64,000 bases of DNA from Bacilli bacterium (GCA_017442875.1 JAFSPN010000046.1:103596-167595), one strand, 5' to 3'; shown: positions 48,880-59,692, counted from the first letter of the stretch. Numbers and translations are program-made. The notes: generated by a model not told the origin, from the letters alone.

Positions 48880-51597
48880 ATGTTATTAGATGAAGAAAAT
48901 AAAGTCTTAGAGGAAGAAACAGTCGACGAAGAAGAAGTTGAAGTTTCTCCAGAAGAAGAACAAGAACTTGAAGCAGGTATTGTCGCTGGTTTAACAGATG
49001 TTGATACCGTTCCACTTGTTAAAGAATCCTTCCTTGATTATGCGATGAGTGTTATTGTCGCTCGTGCTATCCCTGATGTTAGAGATGGTATGAAACCAGT
49101 TCATAGAAGAATTGTTTATTCTATGTCTGAAACAGGTAATACACCTGATAAACCATTTAAAAAGTGCGCTCGTATCGTCGGTGACGTTATGGGTAAATAT
49201 CACCCTCATGGTGACTCCGCAATCTATGGCGCTTTAGCTAGATTAGCCCAACCATTTGCGATGAGATATATGTTAGTTGAAGGTCATGGTAACTTCGGTT
49301 CTGTCGATGGCGATGAACCAGCGGCTTACCGTTATACCGAAGCTCGTATGGCTAAATTAGCATTAGAAATGGTCCGTGATATTAACTGTGATGTCGTTGA
49401 TTTCATGGATAACTACGATGGTGTTGACCAAGAACCAACTGTTTTACCTTCTAGAATTCCAAACTTATTAGTCAATGGTTCTAGTGGTATCGCTGTTGGT
49501 ATGGCCACTAACATCCCACCACACAACTTAGGTGAAGTTATTGATGGTGTTATTGCTATCGCACGTAACCCTGAAATCACTGTTGATGAGTTGATGGAAT
49601 ACATTAAAGGTCCTGACTTTCCAACAGGTGCTATTATCTTAGGCAGAAGTGGTATACGCGAAGCATATGAAACCGGTACTGGTAGCATTGCTATTAGAAG
49701 TAAATGTCATATTGAAGAACGTGGTGAACATGGTTTAAAACGTATCGTCGTGGATGAAATCCCATATGGTATCAATAAAGCCAACATGATTGAAAACATG
49801 GCTAACTTAGTCCGTGAAAAAGTCATTGAAGGTATTTCCGATATCCGCGATGAATCTAACAAAGACGGCATACGTGTAGTCATTGAAGTCAAAAGAGACG
49901 CTATTCCAGAAGTCCTTTTGAACCAATTATATAAACTCACCAACTTACAAGTGAGCTTTGGTATTATCAACCTCTGCTTAGTGGACAACGCTCCAAAAGT
50001 ATGTTCTTTACCAGTCTTATTACAAAACTATTTAGACTTCCAAGTTTCCGTTATCGAAAGAAGAACCAAATTCTTATTAGATAAAGATGAAGCTCGTGAC
50101 CACATCGTCATCGGCTTAATCAAATGTCATGATAACATTGATGATATCGTAGATATCATTAAAGAAAGCAAGACTCCAGAAGAAGCGATGAAGACTTTAA
50201 TGGAAAAATATGAATTCAGCGAACCACAAGTTAACGCTATCTTAGCAATGACATTACGTAGACTTACTGGTATTGAAACCGATAAGTTAATCGCTGAAAG
50301 AGAACAATTAGAAGCTAACATCGCTGAATATAAGAGAATCCTTTCTTCTAGAGAAAACGAAATCGAAGTCGTTATTAAAGAATTAGAGGAAATCAAAGCT
50401 AAATTTGGTGATCCAAGAAGAACTGAAATCTCTAACGTTGCTGCGAACATCGATGATGAAGACTTAATTCCACAAGAAGATATCGTTGTTACTTTATCTA
50501 GAGGTGGTTATGTTAAACGCTTAAGCGTTGATGATTTCAAAGCGCAACATAGAGGTGGTCGTGGAGTACGTGGTACATCCTTAAACGAAAACGATGTTGT
50601 CGACTTAATGGTGTATACAGAAACACACACAGACCTCTTATTCTTTACAGATTTAGGTAAAGTTTATCGTATCCGTGGCTATCAAATCCCAGAATATCAA
50701 AGAACTGGTAAAGGTATCCCAATCATTAACTTAATCAATATTGAAAAAGGCGAAAATGTTAAATCCATCATCGCGGTTAATAAATATTACGATTATAGAT
50801 ATTTAATGTTCTTCACCAAGAAAGGTATTGTTAAGAGAACACCGATTACTGAATATGAATCTATTAGACAAAATGGTAAGATCGCTATCACTTTAAGAGA
50901 AGATGATAACTTATTAGCTGTCAAAGAAATTCAAGAAAAATCCATCGCTAATGGTGTCATTGATCCAGAAAGAAATTACTACACAATGACCATGGGCGAA
51001 GATGGTGTTGCTAAATTCGACTTAGTCAAAGATCCAAAACAAGAAGATATTGGTAGCTACTTTGTTGATACAATTGTTGGTATCGCTTCTAGCGAAGGCA
51101 AGATGGTTAACTTCCCAGTGACTGAAGTTAGACCAATGGGTAGAACAGCATCTGGTGTTATCGGTATTGATTTAAACGAAGGCGCTGAAGCAGTTGGTGT
51201 TACCGCTGAATACGAAGGCGAATTAGTCTTAGTTGTGACTGATAAAGGCTTTGGTAAGATGACCAATTACTCTGAATATCGTATTACCAAACGTGGCGCT
51301 AAAGGTGTTAGCACCCTTAAATCCACTGATAAAGTTGGTAAGATCGTGGCTGTTAGAAGCGTTTCTGCTGATGACGACTTAATGGTTATTACTAACTATG
51401 GTATCGTTATTAGAACACACTTATCAGAAGTGAGACAATCTTCACGTAATACTCAAGGTGTCAAGATTATTAATCTTGAAGGTAGACAAAAAGTCTCATC
51501 CATCGCTATTGTTCCATTTGAAGAAGAAAGCGATGACGTGCCACTTGAAGAAGGCGAAGAAGTTGCCACGGAAAATAGTGAAGTAACCGAAGAATAA
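48880..51597 (+). CDS. gyrA: DNA gyrase subunit A (acidic N-terminal extension and acidic C-terminal tail)
   Basis: 905 aa; AAGGAG RBS; LDYAMSVIVARAIPDVRDG, an AxRYTEARM active-site Tyr region and C-terminal beta-pinwheel repeats. Confidence 0.9.
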   Translation: MLLDEENKVLEEETVDEEEVEVSPEEEQELEAGIVAGLTDVDTVPLVKESFLDYAMSVIVARAIPDVRDGMKPVHRRIVYSMSETGNTPDKPFKKCARIVGDVMGKYHPHGDSAIYGALARLAQPFAMRYMLVEGHGNFGSVDGDEPAAYRYTEARMAKLALEMVRDINCDVVDFMDNYDGVDQEPTVLPSRIPNLLVNGSSGIAVGMATNIPPHNLGEVIDGVIAIARNPEITVDELMEYIKGPDFPTGAIILGRSGIREAYETGTGSIAIRSKCHIEERGEHGLKRIVVDEIPYGINKANMIENMANLVREKVIEGISDIRDESNKDGIRVVIEVKRDAIPEVLLNQLYKLTNLQVSFGIINLCLVDNAPKVCSLPVLLQNYLDFQVSVIERRTKFLLDKDEARDHIVIGLIKCHDNIDDIVDIIKESKTPEEAMKTLMEKYEFSEPQVNAILAMTLRRLTGIETDKLIAEREQLEANIAEYKRILSSRENEIEVVIKELEEIKAKFGDPRRTEISNVAANIDDEDLIPQEDIVVTLSRGGYVKRLSVDDFKAQHRGGRGVRGTSLNENDVVDLMVYTETHTDLLFFTDLGKVYRIRGYQIPEYQRTGKGIPIINLINIEKGENVKSIIAVNKYYDYRYLMFFTKKGIVKRTPITEYESIRQNGKIAITLREDDNLLAVKEIQEKSIANGVIDPERNYYTMTMGEDGVAKFDLVKDPKQEDIGSYFVDTIVGIASSEGKMVNFPVTEVRPMGRTASGVIGIDLNEGAEAVGVTAEYEGELVLVVTDKGFGKMTNYSEYRITKRGAKGVSTLKSTDKVGKIVAVRSVSADDDLMVITNYGIVIRTHLSEVRQSSRNTQGVKIINLEGRQKVSSIAIVPFEEESDDVPLEEGEEVATENSEVTEE

Positions 51598-51599
51598 AA

Positions 51600-52622
51600 A
51601 TGAAAACACTAGTTTATTTTCAACCTAGTTCAAAAAACGATAATTTTGAGGGCGCTAGAATGCGCAAAACAATCAAAGGCGCCCTTGAAGTCGTCGATTC
51701 TAAATACACATCTAATCTATATGATGATTATGATGTGGCGCATTTCATGTCGCCTGATGATGAAAATAAGCTAAACATCGCTCTTGAAAGAGGAGTGCCT
51801 GTCGTAGTCTCTGCTTTATTTGGAGAAGATGATCCTACAACCAAATTCCTTATTCATAAGAGCAAAGATGGAAAGAGAACTAATACTTTAAAGTCTAAAG
51901 CACTGCGCGTGCTCAATAAGGCTAATCTAGTTCTCGTTCCAACGGAAAGCGCAAAAGAGTTCTTAATTGAAAATGGTGTATCTAAACCAATTGAGGTTTG
52001 TTTACCAGGTATCAACTTATCGAGATTTAACTTCTCTAGAGAAGATGAAAAAGAACTCTTCTACCGCTACTTCAGAGAAGATAAAAACAAGAAAATTGTC
52101 TTAGCAATGGGCGAATATTCATTCAATATGGAAGGTATTCATTCACTCATTAACGTCGCTATCAAAAGACCAGATGTCGGTTTCTACTATATTGGCTGTG
52201 AAGCGTTAAGTTCAAGCGTCGGTAAGGCTAAAAAGATAATCAAAAATTCACCAAAGAATATGCACTTTATTAATATTCTTCCTGATGATATTTATCGTAG
52301 CCTGTTGTTAAACGCTGATGTGTTTATGCTCCCAGGTTATAGTGTAGCAGGTATCATCTCTGTTGAAGAAGCAATGGTGGCTAAATGCCAATTGATTGTT
52401 CGTAAATCTGCGATGTTCCCAGATTTTTTAAAGAACGAAAAGACTGCTTATGTCGCTGAATTCTCTGAAACATTAACATCTTTATGTCTTGATTATCTAG
52501 ATGAAAAGATTAAACCTACAACAGAAGAAGCATATCGCAAGATATCTTTATACAATTTAGAAAATTTTGGAAAGCAATTATTAAGCCTTTATGAATCAGT
52601 AATTGCTAGCAATAATAAGTAA
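51600..52622 (+). CDS. GT4-like glycosyltransferase family protein
   Basis: 340 aa; C-terminal E(x7)E-type motif (VEEAMVAKCQLIV...) typical of GT-B/GT4 enzymes. The ATG is 2 nt after the gyrA stop. Confidence 0.45.
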   Translation: MKTLVYFQPSSKNDNFEGARMRKTIKGALEVVDSKYTSNLYDDYDVAHFMSPDDENKLNIALERGVPVVVSALFGEDDPTTKFLIHKSKDGKRTNTLKSKALRVLNKANLVLVPTESAKEFLIENGVSKPIEVCLPGINLSRFNFSREDEKELFYRYFREDKNKKIVLAMGEYSFNMEGIHSLINVAIKRPDVGFYYIGCEALSSSVGKAKKIIKNSPKNMHFINILPDDIYRSLLLNADVFMLPGYSVAGIISVEEAMVAKCQLIVRKSAMFPDFLKNEKTAYVAEFSETLTSLCLDYLDEKIKPTTEEAYRKISLYNLENFGKQLLSLYESVIASNNK

Positions 52623-52635
52623 GGAGAAATTGATT

Positions 52636-53916
52636 ATGTTAGACATTAATCGAATTCGTGAAAATCCAGAAGGTGTAAAAGAAGCACTCAAAAAGAAATT
52701 ATGGGACGCTGATTTTACCGAACTATTAGAATGGGACAAAAGGAAGAAAGAACTCATTCAATTTGTCGAAGGCAATAAGGCCGAGATGAACAAACTTTCC
52801 GCTTCCGTTCCTCAAGCTAAGAAAAATGGGGAAGATGTGAGCAAAATCTTTGCAAAAGTCAAAGAAATTGCTGCAAAAAACGCTGAAAGTGATAAGGAAT
52901 TAAAGGAATTAGAAGACAAAATTTTTAACTTCTTAGCCGAACTTCCAAATATCCCAGATGAAGACTTATTAGGCGGTGGAAAAGAAAACAATAAGCCAAT
53001 CAAAGTCTTTGGTAAAAAACCAGAATTTGACTTCCCGCTTAAAGACCATGTCGAACTCGCTACATCTCTAGGTTTAGTGGATTATGATAGAGGCGCAAAG
53101 ATTGCTGGTCGTGGTGCTTGGATCTATACAAATTTAGGCGCAAGACTTGAATGGGCGTTATTAAATTACTTCATTTCTGAGCATTTAAAAGATGGATATA
53201 CCTTTATCCTACCTCCTCACTTATTAAATGAGGCTTCAGGCTTTGGTGCTGGTCAATTCCCAAAATTTAGAGAAGACGTGTTCTGGCTTGATGGATTAGA
53301 ACCAAAAAGATTCCTTCTTCCAACCGCTGAAACAGCATTAGTAAATCTCTATCGTGATGAGATTTTAAAAGAAGAAGATTTACCAAAGAAATTCTTCGCT
53401 TACACTCCTTGCTATAGAAGAGAAGCTGGTTCATATAGAACAGAAGAAAGAGGTATGATTCGTGGTTATCAATTCGATAAAGTTGAAATGGTGCAATACA
53501 CTAAACCAGAAGATAGCGATGCCGCTTTCGAAGAATTAGTGAGAAAAGCTGAATCTTTAGTGGCTGGCTTAGGCCTACATTACCAAGTTAGTAAATTAGC
53601 CGCTGGCGATATCTCTCACTCTATGGCAAGAACTTATGATATCGAAGTCTATTTACCAAGTATGGGCATTTATAAAGAAGTTAGCTCAGCTAGTAACGCT
53701 AGGGACTATCAAGCTAGACGTACTATGTGCCGTTATAGAGATAGTGCAACAGGTAAGACTAGATACGTTCATACATTAAACGCTTCAGGTTTAGCGACAT
53801 CTCGTATCTTCCCAGCTATTCTTGAACAATTCCAACAAGCAGATGGATCTGTGAAGATTCCAGAAGTGTTAAGACCATTTATGGGTGGACTTGAGGTTCT
53901 CAAACCAATCAAGTAA
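52636..53916 (+). CDS. serS: seryl-tRNA synthetase
   Basis: Start MLDINRIRENPE (AAGGAG RBS); class II aaRS motifs; about 426 aa. Confidence 0.9.
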   Translation: MLDINRIRENPEGVKEALKKKLWDADFTELLEWDKRKKELIQFVEGNKAEMNKLSASVPQAKKNGEDVSKIFAKVKEIAAKNAESDKELKELEDKIFNFLAELPNIPDEDLLGGGKENNKPIKVFGKKPEFDFPLKDHVELATSLGLVDYDRGAKIAGRGAWIYTNLGARLEWALLNYFISEHLKDGYTFILPPHLLNEASGFGAGQFPKFREDVFWLDGLEPKRFLLPTAETALVNLYRDEILKEEDLPKKFFAYTPCYRREAGSYRTEERGMIRGYQFDKVEMVQYTKPEDSDAAFEELVRKAESLVAGLGLHYQVSKLAAGDISHSMARTYDIEVYLPSMGIYKEVSSASNARDYQARRTMCRYRDSATGKTRYVHTLNASGLATSRIFPAILEQFQQADGSVKIPEVLRPFMGGLEVLKPIK

Positions 53917-53927
53917 TTAACTAAATT

Positions 53928-53953
53928 GGACACATCAAAATGTGTCCTTTTTA
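53928..53953 (+). terminator. serS terminator
   Basis: GGACACA-tcaaaa-TGTGTCC followed by TTTTTATT. Confidence 0.7.
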
Positions 53954-54073
53954 TTGCTCCTTTTTAGTGATATAATCACTCTTGCCATCGCGATGAATGT
54001 TTGCGAACCAGGTCAGGACAGGAATGTAGCAGCCTTAAGTTTTATGTTCATGTGCGGTGGTTTCTTAAACTGT

Positions 54074-54526
54074 ATGGAAAAATATGAAATATACATGAAA
54101 GAGGCTTTAAAAGAAGCTGAACTAGCGGCTTTAGAAGATGAAGTGCCTATTGGTTGTGTAATTGTTAAAGATGATAAAATCATCGCAAGAGCGCATAATC
54201 AAAGAGATAAATCGCATAATCCTATTGGTCATGCTGAAATACTTGCTATCCAAAAAGCCTCTGGAATAGTAAACGATTGGCAATTAGTGGATACTGAACT
54301 ATATGTCACCATTGAACCGTGCTTGATGTGTGCTGGCGCTATTATCCAATCAAGAATCAAAAAAGTGATATACGGGGCACCTGATTTAAAAGGCGGAGCA
54401 TTTGGTTCATCATTAAATGTGTTGGATGCTAAAAACATCAATCATCGCCCAGAAGTTATAAACGGCGTGCTTGAAAAAGAATGCGTTAATATCATTCAAA
54501 ATTACTTTAAAAGTAAAAGAAAGTAA
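54074..54526 (+). CDS. tadA: tRNA-specific adenosine deaminase
   Basis: Start MEKYEIYMKEALKEA (the ORF-track GTG extension is upstream of a candidate TGaTATAAT promoter at 53963-53971). CDA zinc motifs HAEILAI and PCLMCAGA are present. Confidence 0.8.
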   Translation: MEKYEIYMKEALKEAELAALEDEVPIGCVIVKDDKIIARAHNQRDKSHNPIGHAEILAIQKASGIVNDWQLVDTELYVTIEPCLMCAGAIIQSRIKKVIYGAPDLKGGAFGSSLNVLDAKNINHRPEVINGVLEKECVNIIQNYFKSKRK

Positions 54527-54540
54527 GAAATAATGCGAAA

Positions 54541-54570
54541 AACTTGGAAAATATTGCCAAGTTTTTTATT
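54541..54570 (+). terminator. tadA terminator
   Basis: AACTTGG-aaaatattg-CCAAGTT followed by TTTTTATT. Confidence 0.65.
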
Positions 54571-54584
54571 ATTGTATTGTGCGT

Positions 54585-57059
54585 ATGGCAAACAAAGATA
54601 ATATCGAACGTTTTAACACAGATTTAAATCAAGGCCTCTCTGATGAACAGGTTCTTTTAAGAAAGAAACAAAAATTAGTTAACAAAAGCAAAAAAGCTTT
54701 TGGTAAGTCTTACGCTGAAATAATTGTTTCCAATCTATTTAGTTTCTTTAATGTCCTTCTATATATCATTGCCGGCATCATGATTTATTTTGCGGTTAGA
54801 TACAATGATCCAAAGATTATTTGGGGCATGTTTTTCCTTGTTGTCTTATTAGCGAATACAATTATCGGTTTATATGAAGATATCAAGGCAAGATATTTAT
54901 TAGGCAAGTTAAGATTGATTACTCAGCCTAAAGCAACAGTCATTAGAAACGGCCAACAAGTGGTTATAGATGTGCAAGATATCGTTTTGGATGACGTTGT
55001 TTTGATTGAGAAAGATACCCAAATAGGCGTAGATGGTATTGTTTTACAAGGTGAAGTCGGTGTTAATGAATCATTTATAACAGGTGAATCCGTTAATGTG
55101 TTTAAAGGCCCTGGTAAAGAAGTTTATTCAGGAACATTCGTCGCTAGTGGTAGTGCTTATATTCGCGCTGATAAGGTTGGTGCTAATTGTTTAGCTAATT
55201 CATTACAAGCTAAGGCTAACGCTTTCAAGCGTTCACCAAGCGAAATATTGAAATCACTTAATAGATTATTCTTAGTTATTGGTGTAACAGTCATTGTAAT
55301 GGCTATATTCTTAGTCATCACTTTTGCTGTTCAAGGAAAATTCGCTAATGACGAATTATTGTTAAAAGGCGTTAAATCTATTACAGGTAGTCTAGTGGCG
55401 ATGATTCCAAGCGGACTATATTTATTAACTTCTACCGCTTTAGCGGTTGGAGTAATCGGTCTTTCTAAAAAGAAAGCGCAAGTTCAAGACTTTTACTCTG
55501 TAGAAATGCTAGCAAGAGTAGACACTCTTTGTGTTGATAAAACGGGCACGATTACCGATGGCAATTTAGTTGTTAAGAAAGTCATTCCTTTGAAAGCTAG
55601 TTATTCGGATGGAGATATTGCTCAAGCTGTATCCAATGTCATCTGCGCTACAAAAGATAAAAACGCTACTGCAACAGCACTCAAAACATATTTTGATTTA
55701 GAACTTAGCGCTGGCGTTTTAGTGGCTCTACCATTTAGTAGTGAAAACAAATATTCCGGTGCATCATTTAAAGGCGGCAAAACACTTATTATTGGCGCTC
55801 CTGAATTTATGCCACTTACCAATAAAGTTGGTGTCATTAAAAGATGTGAGGAGTTTACAAAAGACGGCTACCGTGTCGTTGTTTTAGGCGAAGGCAAAGA
55901 TACAATCAAAGATAATAAATATACTGGAATCCTTGAGGCGGTCGCTTTAATCGTTATCAAAGACCATATTAGAGATGATGCTGCTGAAACATTTGCATGG
56001 TTCAAAGATAATGGCGTAGATATCAAAGTCATATCAGGTGATAGTGCTAGAACAGTTTCCGCTATTGCATCAGAAGCAGGTATTGCTAACGCTGATAAGT
56101 TTATTTCTCTTGAAGGAATGACTTTAGAAGAAGTTAAAAATATTGCTTTGCAATATACAGTATTTGGTAGAGTAACACCAGAACAAAAAGAAGTTTTGGT
56201 AATTGCTCTTAAAGAAGCAGGCAAGACTGTCGCTATGACTGGTGATGGCGTTAATGATATCTTGGCGTTAAAGCGTTCAGATTGTTCTATTGCGATGGCT
56301 AGTGGTGCGGATGCCGCTAAAAACATATCACATATCATACTAATGGATTCTAACTTTGCTAGATTACCAGCGGTTGTAGATGAGGGCAGACGTGTAGTGA
56401 ATAACTTGCAAAGAACCGCATCATTGTTTGTTACTAAAACCATCTTTGCGTTTGCTATTACATTTATTTTTACATTGGCGTCGATTATTGAAAGAGATCC
56501 AACTGTCCAATACCCATTTGTAACCAACCATTTATATTTGTGGGAAATCTTCACTAGTGGTTACGCAGCGTTCTTTATCGCTCTAGAAAGAAATAGTGAA
56601 AAGATTGAAGGTAAATTCTTGCCTAATGTCTTTAAGAAAGCGATTCCAGCTGCAACATTATGGATTGCTTCTGTGTGTATCATTTTCCTATTCTTTGTTC
56701 TACAAAGAAATAAAGTCATGAATGTTGGTATCTATTCAAGAGATACAGCGGTGGCAATGAGTGTGATTACATTTAGTATTTTAGGCATCGCATTCTTATA
56801 TAAAGTATGCTCACCAATGAGCAGATATCGCTTCATTATTTTCTTGTCTATTGTTGCCATTAATGTCGTTTTCCTAACCGTGACAAGCATTGTTTCTCTT
56901 GTTAATCACATCGTTGAACCAGTCTTACAAATTCCATATATCGAGATGAATGGACCATCGTTGATAACAACAGTTATAGTAACTATTGTCTGTGTTGCCT
57001 TATATTTATTTGTCTATCAAATCATTGCTATTTATAAAGGAGATAAACATGAAAATTAA
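54585..57059 (+). CDS. cation-transporting P-type ATPase (P2-type, Ca2+/Mg2+-like)
   Basis: About 824 aa from MANKDNIERF; motifs TGES (ITGESVNV), DKTGTIT (phosphorylation site) and GDGVNDILALK. Confidence 0.8.
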   Translation: MANKDNIERFNTDLNQGLSDEQVLLRKKQKLVNKSKKAFGKSYAEIIVSNLFSFFNVLLYIIAGIMIYFAVRYNDPKIIWGMFFLVVLLANTIIGLYEDIKARYLLGKLRLITQPKATVIRNGQQVVIDVQDIVLDDVVLIEKDTQIGVDGIVLQGEVGVNESFITGESVNVFKGPGKEVYSGTFVASGSAYIRADKVGANCLANSLQAKANAFKRSPSEILKSLNRLFLVIGVTVIVMAIFLVITFAVQGKFANDELLLKGVKSITGSLVAMIPSGLYLLTSTALAVGVIGLSKKKAQVQDFYSVEMLARVDTLCVDKTGTITDGNLVVKKVIPLKASYSDGDIAQAVSNVICATKDKNATATALKTYFDLELSAGVLVALPFSSENKYSGASFKGGKTLIIGAPEFMPLTNKVGVIKRCEEFTKDGYRVVVLGEGKDTIKDNKYTGILEAVALIVIKDHIRDDAAETFAWFKDNGVDIKVISGDSARTVSAIASEAGIANADKFISLEGMTLEEVKNIALQYTVFGRVTPEQKEVLVIALKEAGKTVAMTGDGVNDILALKRSDCSIAMASGADAAKNISHIILMDSNFARLPAVVDEGRRVVNNLQRTASLFVTKTIFAFAITFIFTLASIIERDPTVQYPFVTNHLYLWEIFTSGYAAFFIALERNSEKIEGKFLPNVFKKAIPAATLWIASVCIIFLFFVLQRNKVMNVGIYSRDTAVAMSVITFSILGIAFLYKVCSPMSRYRFIIFLSIVAINVVFLTVTSIVSLVNHIVEPVLQIPYIEMNGPSLITTVIVTIVCVALYLFVYQIIAIYKGDKHEN

Positions 57060-57951
57060 TCCTATTGTCTTAGATGCTTTAAAAAACAACAAGCCGGTCG
57101 TGGCTTTAGAAAGCACAATTATTAGCCATGGTATGCCTTATCCTAAAAATGTTGAAACCGCTTTAAGAGTGGAACAAACAATTAGAGAACATGGTGTTGT
57201 TCCCGCTACGATTGGTATTATCGATGGCGAGCCAATTGTTGGTATGACACCAGAAGAAATCGAATTATTTGGTAAATCTAAAGGCATTGGTAAAGCGTCT
57301 AGAAGAGATTTACCTGTGGTATACGCTAAGAAATTATGGGCGGCGACCACAGTTTCTTCCTCGATGATTCTTGCTAATCAAGCCGGTATTGAAGTATTTG
57401 TGACCGGTGGTATCGGTGGTGTTCATAGAGGAGCGGAAGATTCAATGGATATCTCTGCTGATTTGCAAGAACTTGGTAAAACCAATGTTACTGTCGTTTG
57501 TGCTGGTGCTAAAGCGATATTAGATTTACCACGGACACTCGAATATCTAGAAACGATGGGCGTTCCAGTTTTGGGTTATCAAACTAAAGAATTGCCAGCC
57601 TTCTACACAAGACATTCTGGATTAAATGTGGATTATGAAATCAAAGATCCAGAAGAAGCGGCAGAAATTATTGCACAAAAGAGAAAAAATAATCTTCAAG
57701 GTGGTATATTAATCACAAATCCAATTCCTGAACAATACGCTATGGATGATGCCATTATTAATGATGCTATTGAAAAAGCTTTAAAGATGGCAGATGAACA
57801 AGGTGTTAAAGGAAAAGAAATAACACCATTCTTATTAAAAACAGTCGTGGAATTAACTGGTGGAGAATCTTTGGAATCAAACATTCAGTTGATTATCAAT
57901 AACGCTGCCGTTGGAGCAGAAATCGCTAAAGAGGTTTGTAAAAACAAGTGA
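57049..57951 (+). CDS. psuG: pseudouridine-5'-phosphate glycosidase
   Basis: Start MKINPIVLDALKNNKPVVALESTIISHGMPYP (AAGGAG RBS); PsuG/indigoidine synthase A-like family throughout. It overlaps the ATPase stop by 11 nt. Confidence 0.75.
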   Translation: MKINPIVLDALKNNKPVVALESTIISHGMPYPKNVETALRVEQTIREHGVVPATIGIIDGEPIVGMTPEEIELFGKSKGIGKASRRDLPVVYAKKLWAATTVSSSMILANQAGIEVFVTGGIGGVHRGAEDSMDISADLQELGKTNVTVVCAGAKAILDLPRTLEYLETMGVPVLGYQTKELPAFYTRHSGLNVDYEIKDPEEAAEIIAQKRKNNLQGGILITNPIPEQYAMDDAIINDAIEKALKMADEQGVKGKEITPFLLKTVVELTGGESLESNIQLIINNAAVGAEIAKEVCKNK

Positions 57952-58511
57952 AAACAGAACATCGTCTCGCAGAAGCTCTTAAGAATATGATGTCTGAGCT
58001 ACCGTTAGAAGAAATATCGGTAGCCGCTTTAACGCGCCGTTGTAAAGTTCATAGACAAACATTCTATTATCATTTCAATGATATCTATGATTTGCTCGCG
58101 CTAGTTTTCTTAAACGAAAAAATACCTCATATCGATGAATGCCGTGATTCAACTGAAATGGTGACCGCTATTTATAATTACTACAATAGCAACCAGGCAT
58201 TTATTGATGGCACTTTGAATTCTGCTGGGAAGGATCTCTTTGGTGAGTTTGTCTATAACACTTGCTACCGTTTATTTACCAAATTTATTAACAATTTAGC
58301 GGAGTCAAAAAGAATAAATATTAACGATAAAAAGAACATCGTTAGATTTCGCGCTTTTGCCTATTCTAACAGCATCGTGTATTATTTATCGACGCATAAA
58401 AGCAAGAGTTTAGAGAGCATGCTAATGTGTTTCTCTTTTGAAAACGATGAGAATATGAGAAAAGAAATTTTAGATTTGTTAGATTACAGGTGGAGGAATA
58501 AAAAATCATGA
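57948..58511 (+). CDS. TetR-family transcriptional regulator (DhaS-like C-terminal domain)
   Basis: 187 aa, GTG start; N-terminal TetR HTH region (ISVAALTRRCKVHRQTFYYHFNDIYDLL). Confidence 0.55.
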   Translation: MKTEHRLAEALKNMMSELPLEEISVAALTRRCKVHRQTFYYHFNDIYDLLALVFLNEKIPHIDECRDSTEMVTAIYNYYNSNQAFIDGTLNSAGKDLFGEFVYNTCYRLFTKFINNLAESKRININDKKNIVRFRAFAYSNSIVYYLSTHKSKSLESMLMCFSFENDENMRKEILDLLDYRWRNKKS

Positions 58512-59680
58512 TAGATTTTGATTTCATCAGCCCCACAAAAATATATTTCGGCACAAACAAGGAAGAATTAGTTGGCCAAATATGTAACGAGCATGGCTAT
58601 AAACGTGTTTATATTGTTATCGGCCAAGGTTCAGTTAAAAGAAGCGGTTTATTAGACACCGTCTTAGATTCTTTGAATGCGAATGATATTAAATATCAAA
58701 TTTTAGAAGGAGTTAGACCAAATCCAACGATTGATTTATGCCGTAAAGGCATTGAAGAAGCAAGAGTGTTTGCTCCTAATCTTATTTTAGCCATTGGTGG
58801 TGGATCGGTTATTGATACTGCGAAAAATATCGCTGTTGGTTATTTCTACGTTGGAGATAGTTTTGATTTCAATTTGCATAAAGTGAAGCCTAAAAAAGCA
58901 TTACCTATTGGCGTTATTTTAACAATCGCAGCGTCTGGTAGTGAATTATCAACATCATGCGTTATTCAAGATGATGAGACTCAAATCAAACAAGGTTTTA
59001 ATGATGATATTGTTAGACCGGTATTTGCCATTGAAAATCCTAAACTCACATATAGTGTTTCAAAAGTACAAACAGCATATGGTGTTGTGGACATAATGAT
59101 GCATACGTTAGAGAGATATTTTAATGCTTCAAGTGATAATGAACCAGCGGACGGTTTTGCGGAAGCTTTACTCCGTTCGGTTATAAAAGCAGGCAAGACG
59201 GTAATGAATAATCCTACTGATTACGATGCTAGAGCGGTATTAATGTTAATGTCATCTTTGTCTCATAATGGCATGACTAGCATAGGTAAAAACGGTGGAT
59301 TCTTTGTTCACCCAATAGAGCACGCTGTATCTGGTGTTTATACCAATGTTGCCCATGCTGCTGGTTTAGCGGTCATATTCCCTGCTTGGGCAAAGTATTA
59401 CATTAATTACGATGTTGATAAGTTTGATAGCTTAGCAAGAAACGTATTTGATCTACACAACAAGAATAAAATTGATAACGCGAAAGCGGGAATTAATGAA
59501 ATTGAAAAATTATTTGCTATACTTGGTATGCCTAAAACATTTAAAGACTTAGGCATTGATAATCCAGATATAGATAAATTAGTTAATATAATCACTAATA
59601 ATGGTGAAAGAGTCATAAAGCATCCTAAAAAGGATATGGATAAGGAAGTGTTAACAACTATTTTAAAAAGTTGTTTATAG
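58508..59680 (+). CDS. iron-containing alcohol dehydrogenase (butanol dehydrogenase / YqhD-like)
   Basis: 390 aa; Fe-ADH motifs GGGSVIDTAK and the HxxxH metal-site region. Confidence 0.75.
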   Translation: MIDFDFISPTKIYFGTNKEELVGQICNEHGYKRVYIVIGQGSVKRSGLLDTVLDSLNANDIKYQILEGVRPNPTIDLCRKGIEEARVFAPNLILAIGGGSVIDTAKNIAVGYFYVGDSFDFNLHKVKPKKALPIGVILTIAASGSELSTSCVIQDDETQIKQGFNDDIVRPVFAIENPKLTYSVSKVQTAYGVVDIMMHTLERYFNASSDNEPADGFAEALLRSVIKAGKTVMNNPTDYDARAVLMLMSSLSHNGMTSIGKNGGFFVHPIEHAVSGVYTNVAHAAGLAVIFPAWAKYYINYDVDKFDSLARNVFDLHNKNKIDNAKAGINEIEKLFAILGMPKTFKDLGIDNPDIDKLVNIITNNGERVIKHPKKDMDKEVLTTILKSCL

Positions 59681-59692
59681 GAGGCAATTATC

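Noticed and set aside
52623-52635. T-box riboswitch upstream of serS
   Set aside because: Only 13 nt separate the upstream ORF stop from the serS ATG, so there is no room for a T-box leader.
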